From IMG/VR virus record IMGVR_UViG_3300016665_000872, positions 1 to 64,000 of that record: DNA of 64,000 nucleotides; one strand, 5' to 3'. Of the stretch, positions 59,224 to 64,000 are shown in pieces (within the stretch, counting starts at the first letter, position 1; every line of letters starts with the position of its first letter). Made by a program: the position numbers and the translations under genes. The notes beneath the pieces were generated by a model. It searched no databases. It saw nothing but the letters and a program-made list of their open reading frames with translations, and was not told the DNA's origin. The DNA is from a virus.

Positions 59224-59966
59224 CGGCCGGCTCCCGCGATCATCAGTTGCGCGATCGGGCTCGTGGTCGAAGCCTGCTGGAGCGCATACCCCAGTGATTG
59301 ATTCAGCATGGCCTGCCGTTCCCGTTCAATCGCAAGCCTCTGCGCAGCCTCGGCGAGGGGTAAGCGCTTGGCCTCTAGTTCAAGTTGAACGTCACCCATT
59401 CGTCGGGCTTGCTCGACTGCCCGCCGCAATGCCTTGGATTCCTCGCTGGGCTCGATTAGGCCGCTGACCAGTTCCGTCAGGCCCTTCCCGCTAGCGCCGC
59501 CAAGAGCCGCCCCTATTGCTTGACCGGCAAAGGTCCCGACACCCGGACCGGCAATCAGGGAGCCAATCAGGCCTCCAGCAATGGCGCCGCCCGTGGTACC
59601 AAGGCCGCTCCCGATCCCTGCTGCCGCGTTCTGAAAACCACTACGTGTGGGATCAGGATTATTGAACTCCTGGGCAGCAGCTATCAGGCCGCCCAGCGCG
59701 GCAAGTCCACCACCAGTAGCGATGCCCCGCGGGCTGGTCACAAAGCTCGCGACCCTGCCATTGCGCCCGAAGAAGGGGATGTCGCTACTCCCGGGAGGCC
59801 TCGGCGAATTACCTCCTCCGCCCCCAAAGCCAAGGGCGCTCAGCAGCCCGTCGACGGCCATGCGTGGCTTTGACTCTTCGGCTCTGCCGTAACTATCGCT
59901 GTAGCGCTGCTGATAACCGCGATTGATCGCTTCAAACAGCTCGTAATCAGAGGAGCGCTGAGTCAC
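59220..59966 (-). CDS. glycine-zipper membrane protein
   Basis: GGLAALGGLIAAA...GIGSGLGTTGGAIAGGLIGSLIAGPGVGTFAGQAIGAALGG is a glycine-zipper-like hydrophobic region. Confidence 0.6.
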   Translation of the reverse strand: MTQRSSDYELFEAINRGYQQRYSDSYGRAEESKPRMAVDGLLSALGFGGGGGNSPRPPGSSDIPFFGRNGRVASFVTSPRGIATGGGLAALGGLIAAAQEFNNPDPTRSGFQNAAAGIGSGLGTTGGAIAGGLIGSLIAGPGVGTFAGQAIGAALGGASGKGLTELVSGLIEPSEESKALRRAVEQARRMGDVQLELEAKRLPLAEAAQRLAIERERQAMLNQSLGYALQQASTTSPIAQLMIAGAGR

Positions 59967-60063
59967 GAACGTCCGCGGCCTATATGCTTCTCGGATTCTA
60001 ATAAGGTTTGCCTGCGAAGCTCCCCTTGTCGCACCCCTCCGCGGATCTACGCCCGGCTGACCA

Positions 60064-60498
60064 TCAGAAGGGCGCGATCATCTTCAAGGCGGTCTTCGCT
60101 AGTCCCGTGAAGAAGTTGGTCTTGCTTCTTTGCTGAGCCGCAGCTCTTGCCTTCTCCGCTGCCTCGATGCGCGCCGCATTGATTTCTTTCTCCCCCTGAA
60201 TGCGGGAGGTTGCCATCATCGCCTGCGCCCCGAGCTCGGCGTCTGCAGCGGAGTTCTGCACGGGGTCGAAGTACGCTGACGACCCGCTACTGGCGACGGC
60301 ATCAAACCCAGGAAGCGCATCCAGCCCGCCCGATCCGGGTTGACCAGAGAAGTCCTTGCTGTACTGGCGGCCACGCGATGAATTCCACGTCGGCGCCCCC
60401 GACCAGGCGCCTAGTGAGCCCCCTCGTTCGGAGTTCCCTTCCTTGGCGGCGCCAACAACACTTTTGAATGCATCAAGGCCCGTAAATGCCATGACCAA
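60064..60498 (-). CDS. hypothetical protein
   Basis: 144-aa ORF. Confidence 0.55.
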   Translation of the reverse strand: MVMAFTGLDAFKSVVGAAKEGNSERGGSLGAWSGAPTWNSSRGRQYSKDFSGQPGSGGLDALPGFDAVASSGSSAYFDPVQNSAADAELGAQAMMATSRIQGEKEINAARIEAAEKARAAAQQRSKTNFFTGLAKTALKMIAPF

Positions 60499-60891
60499 TT
60501 AGCTCCAGGAACCAAATCCTTTTGTGAAGCTCTTACCCATGTCGAAGCCCGAGCTAAAGCCCGCCGAGGAATCCCAGTAGGAGGACGTGTCGCCGTTCCA
60601 CGATGAGTTCACCTTGTCGCTCAGGGATGACGACCTGGCGAGAGCTTTACCAGCCATTGGTGCAAAAGCCCCAACCAAGTCGCTTGCAATATCCCAGCCA
60701 TTCGGGGCCATGGCCTGAGCCTGGAGCTCGCCCGTCTTCCTGATCGCATTCGCGCGCTCTTTGGCCATTTTGCGATTGGCCATCGCCTCGAGTGCTACTT
60801 GGCCACTACGCAGCATGGACTGCATGTTGGCGCCCGGCACTCCAGCAAGAGAATCGCTGGCTTCTGTTGAAGGGCGGAATCCGGAAATCAT
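60499..60891 (-). CDS. hypothetical protein
   Basis: 130-aa ORF abutting its neighbours. Confidence 0.55.
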   Translation of the reverse strand: MISGFRPSTEASDSLAGVPGANMQSMLRSGQVALEAMANRKMAKERANAIRKTGELQAQAMAPNGWDIASDLVGAFAPMAGKALARSSSLSDKVNSSWNGDTSSYWDSSAGFSSGFDMGKSFTKGFGSWS

Positions 60892-62285
60892 GTCGGCAAC
60901 GCAGCTTCCGATTGGCCAAGTTCTGGCTCTTGCGGTGCTGGTCCCTTGGCCGACCGCCGGATTGATTCTAGAAGTTGCCCAACAACTCCAGTCCCTGCCA
61001 TAGCCAGGGTGCTAATTCCGCCGGCTTGCTTGAAGATCTCGAGGTCGTTCAGCTTCTGGATCTCGTCCCGCTTCCGCTTGGCGACGTCCATCTGCTCGGC
61101 AAGCGCCTCCATCTGTGCCGCCCCGCCGTCCTTGTCGTTCTGTGCGCGGCCCATCGCCGAGTACACGTTGTCGATTTCACGCTCTGCCTCGCCCAGGGCC
61201 TTAAAGCCGTACTGCCCTCCCTCTCCCAGAACACTGCTGCCCTTGGCCGTCATGCCCTCCCGCAGGCGCATGCCCGCCCTGCGCGTGCCATAGGCCGCAC
61301 CGACTGCCGCCGCAACCGCCGGTAGGAGCCCGGTCGCCACGGGGATGCTCTTGCCCATGAACGTGACCTCGGGTCCATGGATCCCGTCCAGCGTGGCCTT
61401 GAGCGGCATCGAGTTGCCAAACAGGTAGGCCTTGTACTGCTCGTATTCCGAGCGCGATACGTCAGGCCGCTCCTGGACGAACTCGTCATAGGACAGCAGG
61501 CTGCCTGTCCGCCCCAGGAAGTAGCGCGAGATCCCCTCGGAGATTGGATCAACAGCATCCCGCTTGTCACCGAGACCCGGGCTCGCCGCTGTGTAGCCAG
61601 GCATCCGTGTGGCATTGCCAATCGCCATCGAGATCCCAAGCCATGTCGGCACGGTCGCCGCCATGCGCAAAGCCCGGTTCTTGAGCAGCGGCCCCTTGGG
61701 ATCCGTGCGGTCCCGCTCAAACTCCTTGCCGCCCTGGTGCAGGGCCGTCAGCGCCGCCAGCGAGCCGATCGCCTGGGGTGCATTCAGGAACCACCAGATG
61801 TTCCTGGCGCCATCGGTCACCACGTCGTTAAGCAGGACCCCACCGGCCTGGGCAGCCGTGGCCCGCATCGACGGCGACTCGACCTCCCCAGTCAGCCCCT
61901 CGGTGGGGACGAAGCCTGCCCGGACCGTGCCTCTGCGAGTTTCATCGCTGGCCAGGCGCTCAACCTCGAATTCCTGCGTCTTGTCCGCGGAATATCCACC
62001 CAGGGGCGTCGCAAGAAGGGCGCGCCGTGCTTTCTCGCGCAGTGACTCGGGCCCGGGCCCCGCGGGGATCAGCTCTGCTGCTTTCTTGCCGAGCTTCGTT
62101 TCGCCTGCGTTGGCCGGCAGCACCTGCCGCAGGTAGTCCAACGCGGCGGACTGACCAAACGCGTCTTCCAGTGGGCTGGGATTCCACTGGTTCTTGAGAT
62201 AGTTCTTAGGGCTGGCGAGGAAGGACTGCTCGAGGATTTCCCGAGTGGAAGCCGGCCGTGGTCCCTGCTGGTTCTCGGCCATCAC
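60888..62285 (-). CDS. hypothetical large protein (possible internal virion protein)
   Basis: 465-aa ORF with hydrophobic segments and 4-nt overlaps on both sides. Confidence 0.6.
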   Translation of the reverse strand: MMAENQQGPRPASTREILEQSFLASPKNYLKNQWNPSPLEDAFGQSAALDYLRQVLPANAGETKLGKKAAELIPAGPGPESLREKARRALLATPLGGYSADKTQEFEVERLASDETRRGTVRAGFVPTEGLTGEVESPSMRATAAQAGGVLLNDVVTDGARNIWWFLNAPQAIGSLAALTALHQGGKEFERDRTDPKGPLLKNRALRMAATVPTWLGISMAIGNATRMPGYTAASPGLGDKRDAVDPISEGISRYFLGRTGSLLSYDEFVQERPDVSRSEYEQYKAYLFGNSMPLKATLDGIHGPEVTFMGKSIPVATGLLPAVAAAVGAAYGTRRAGMRLREGMTAKGSSVLGEGGQYGFKALGEAEREIDNVYSAMGRAQNDKDGGAAQMEALAEQMDVAKRKRDEIQKLNDLEIFKQAGGISTLAMAGTGVVGQLLESIRRSAKGPAPQEPELGQSEAALPT

Positions 62286-62866
62286 GTCAGCATTGAGCTG
62301 CCGCCGGGCGGCAGCAGCAGAGTGCCGCCACCGGTCAACATCGACATCGCCAGGGCTTCTTGCATGTGGCGCTGCTCCTCTTCCTGGAGTGCTTCTTCTT
62401 GCTCTCGGCGGCTCCGTCCCTGGAGGGCCTTTTCGTACACCGAACTTGCGACTGGCCGTGGAGCAAGCATCGGCAGCGGAGCAGCCAAGATGTCGCCCGC
62501 CGTCATGGCCTGGGCAAGCTTCTGCCGGCGCACTTCTTCGCCCAGGGTTTTCGGGAAGATCGCCCCTCCCGCCAGTCGTCCCGCCCCGCTCCCCAGGAAT
62601 GAACTCCCTACGCCAATCAGCAGGTCCTCGGCTGCCAGGGCTGCGCGATCAGTCAGAGGGGTCCCGTCGGGCGCCATGGCAGCGCCAATAACCGCGAAAC
62701 CAGCCTCAGGTCCCAGTCTCAGGGCCCACTCACCCGCGTTCTGGGGGAGGATTTCTTTCAGGGCTGAAAACAGGCGTGGCGCGCCAAGGGGGAATCGCAT
62801 CACGCCACCTCCGATTTTGTTCCCGCCGGTGCCATCGGCTCGGGACCGAAGGGCCCACTGGTCCAC
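62282..62866 (-). CDS. hypothetical protein
   Basis: The likely start is ATG 62800 (MRFPLGAP..), which overlaps the upstream stop (TGATG). Confidence 0.55.
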   Translation of the reverse strand: MDQWALRSRADGTGGNKIGGGVMRFPLGAPRLFSALKEILPQNAGEWALRLGPEAGFAVIGAAMAPDGTPLTDRAALAAEDLLIGVGSSFLGSGAGRLAGGAIFPKTLGEEVRRQKLAQAMTAGDILAAPLPMLAPRPVASSVYEKALQGRSRREQEEALQEEEQRHMQEALAMSMLTGGGTLLLPPGGSSMLT

Positions 62867-63096
62867 TGAGATGTCCAGTCCCTGAGATAGCCCTGCGCCC
62901 CTTTGTCTTTCTTGTCGTTTGTCATGACACCGAAGTCGCCGACAAGACCTAGATCGCGCACCATCTTTTCGCCGGCAAAGCGGCTCGGAGTCCCCTCGAT
63001 ATATCCGAACGTCGCCGGCACTTCCTGCTGGGCCGACTTTTGTTCAATCGCCTTCGCAAAGGCGGTCGGGTAATCGTCTGGCAGCCTGAATGTCAC
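62800..63096 (-). CDS. hypothetical protein
   Basis: 98-aa ORF. Confidence 0.55.
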   Translation of the reverse strand: MTFRLPDDYPTAFAKAIEQKSAQQEVPATFGYIEGTPSRFAGEKMVRDLGLVGDFGVMTNDKKDKGAQGYLRDWTSQWTSGPFGPEPMAPAGTKSEVA

Positions 63097-63131
63097 CCGA
63101 GCTTTGCTGCATTGGGTTCATCCTAACGAGG

Positions 63132-63371
63132 CTACTTGCTGATGATGTTCTTGTAGAAGTTGGCCTTCTTGACCATCTTCCCTGAGTAGTTATCAGAACT
63201 ACTCAGGACCTTGTCAGCAAAGGCCTTGCGGCCCTCAGGTGAATCCTCGTAGCCAGCCTTGGTCGCCGCCGCGGTAAAGGTTCCGCCGGTTCCGCCCTTG
63301 CTGGCCGGCTTGTCCATCTTCCTGAAGGCCTGGGCTAAATCCCGGGCCTTCTGACGGCGCTCCTGGCTCAC
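63132..63371 (-). CDS. hypothetical small basic protein
   Basis: 79-aa ORF (..KGGTGGTFTAAATKAGYEDSPEGRKAFADKVL..KKANFYKN..). Confidence 0.55.
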   Translation of the reverse strand: MSQERRQKARDLAQAFRKMDKPASKGGTGGTFTAAATKAGYEDSPEGRKAFADKVLSSSDNYSGKMVKKANFYKNIISK

Positions 63372-64000
63372 GCAGCCCTACCCCGGACAAAGCGCCGCAG
63401 CAGGTTGTCGGCCTGGGCGGCGGGGCTGGTCTGGGGCGGCGGAGGGGCATTCAGTGGCGAGTTGTCGACCAGGTTGGTCATCGCCTGCTGGGGAGCCGCG
63501 CTGGCCTGCTCCTGAATGGCGCGCATCTTCTGGAGGCGCTCGGCCTGGTACTTCATCGCAGCCTCCTGAATTTCGGGCTGGTCGTACATCCCCAGGGCCT
63601 TGGCGTACCCGGTGTAGTCGATGTCCCGCATACCCTCGACGGGCTGGCGGTATTTCGTCCGGATTTCCGCGGCCTGGCTGCGTGGACCCTCAATCGGCTC
63701 CTTGCGCTTCTGCTGGAAGTAGTTCCGCACATCGGGCCGGCTCTTCCATTCATCGAAGCCACCGCCCTCGCCAGTGAACCGACCAGCAGCGCCCGCGGCC
63801 TCGCTCGCACCGGTAATCCCAGGAGCTGCGTTGGGTTGTACCGCGCCAGCACCGCTCAGCCCCACCAGGGCGTCACGGACCTGCTCCACCTGCGGACTCG
63901 CTAGGGCAAGCGCGCGCCTCAGGACTTCTTCGGTGCTGGCGCCAGGCAGATCGACGCGCCCGCGGCCTTGCTTGCGCTCGGTTGGTGAGGCGTCTCGCCG
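63368..64000 (-). CDS. hypothetical protein, probably 5'-truncated by the window edge
   Basis: The frame of ORF 63368..63889 stays open upstream to position 64000, so the true start may lie outside the window. Confidence 0.5.
   Translation of the reverse strand, partial: RRDASPTERKQGRGRVDLPGASTEEVLRRALALASPQVEQVRDALVGLSGAGAVQPNAAPGITGASEAAGAAGRFTGEGGGFDEWKSRPDVRNYFQQKRKEPIEGPRSQAAEIRTKYRQPVEGMRDIDYTGYAKALGMYDQPEIQEAAMKYQAERLQKMRAIQEQASAAPQQAMTNLVDNSPLNAPPPPQTSPAAQADNLLRRFVRGRAA

Noticed and set aside
1-64000. rRNA genes, CRISPR arrays, transposase/IS elements, toxin-antitoxin or known defence/anti-defence cassettes
   Set aside because: I found no sequence or motif evidence for any of these while reading both strands. 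This absence cannot be proven without profile searches.

Overview
This window is a GC-rich (about 60% by eye) segment of a tailed dsDNA phage genome. It has no rRNA, no CRISPR array and no cellular housekeeping genes. All functional calls rest on motifs I read in the ORF translations; no database search was possible. Layout: (i) 1-21.2 kb holds mostly + strand early, replication and nucleotide-metabolism genes. These include SSB, a PD-(D/E)XK exonuclease, a KilA-N protein, a CI/XRE-like repressor divergent from a prim-pol/VapE-type primase-helicase, dCMP deaminase, ThyX and a DUF5664/MazG-like protein. A - strand operon of unknown genes sits at 7.9-10.2 kb. (ii) 21.9-24.7 kb is a - strand lysis cassette (SLT+LAS-peptidase endolysin, two membrane proteins) plus an HNH gene and an NblA-like ORF. 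(iii) 24.8-28 kb is a lysogeny module with an excisionase-like HTH and two divergent tyrosine recombinases. (iv) 29.3-64 kb is a - strand virion module: several tail-fibre genes, a major capsid gene, a GH24+M15 wall hydrolase, a scaffold-like gene, portal, TerL, a candidate TerS and about 11 unknown proteins. A + strand island interrupts this module at 46.0-48.9 kb. The outstanding feature is the load of self-splicing and homing elements. The major capsid gene appears split into 5 exons by four related group I introns, one with a sense LAGLIDADG ORF, one with an antisense LAGLIDADG ORF and two ORF-less. TerL carries an intein inside its Walker A loop and ThyX carries a second intein. There are also two more LAGLIDADG-like ORFs and three HNH endonuclease genes. 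Other oddities are two tRNA-like elements with intact acceptor and T arms but no anticodon loop, two NblA-like ORFs (which would suggest a cyanobacterial host, inference only), an in-frame TAA in a tail-fibre-cassette gene, and a repeat-bearing non-coding region after the primase gene. Exon/intron borders for introns 2-4 are approximate (about +/-10 nt).
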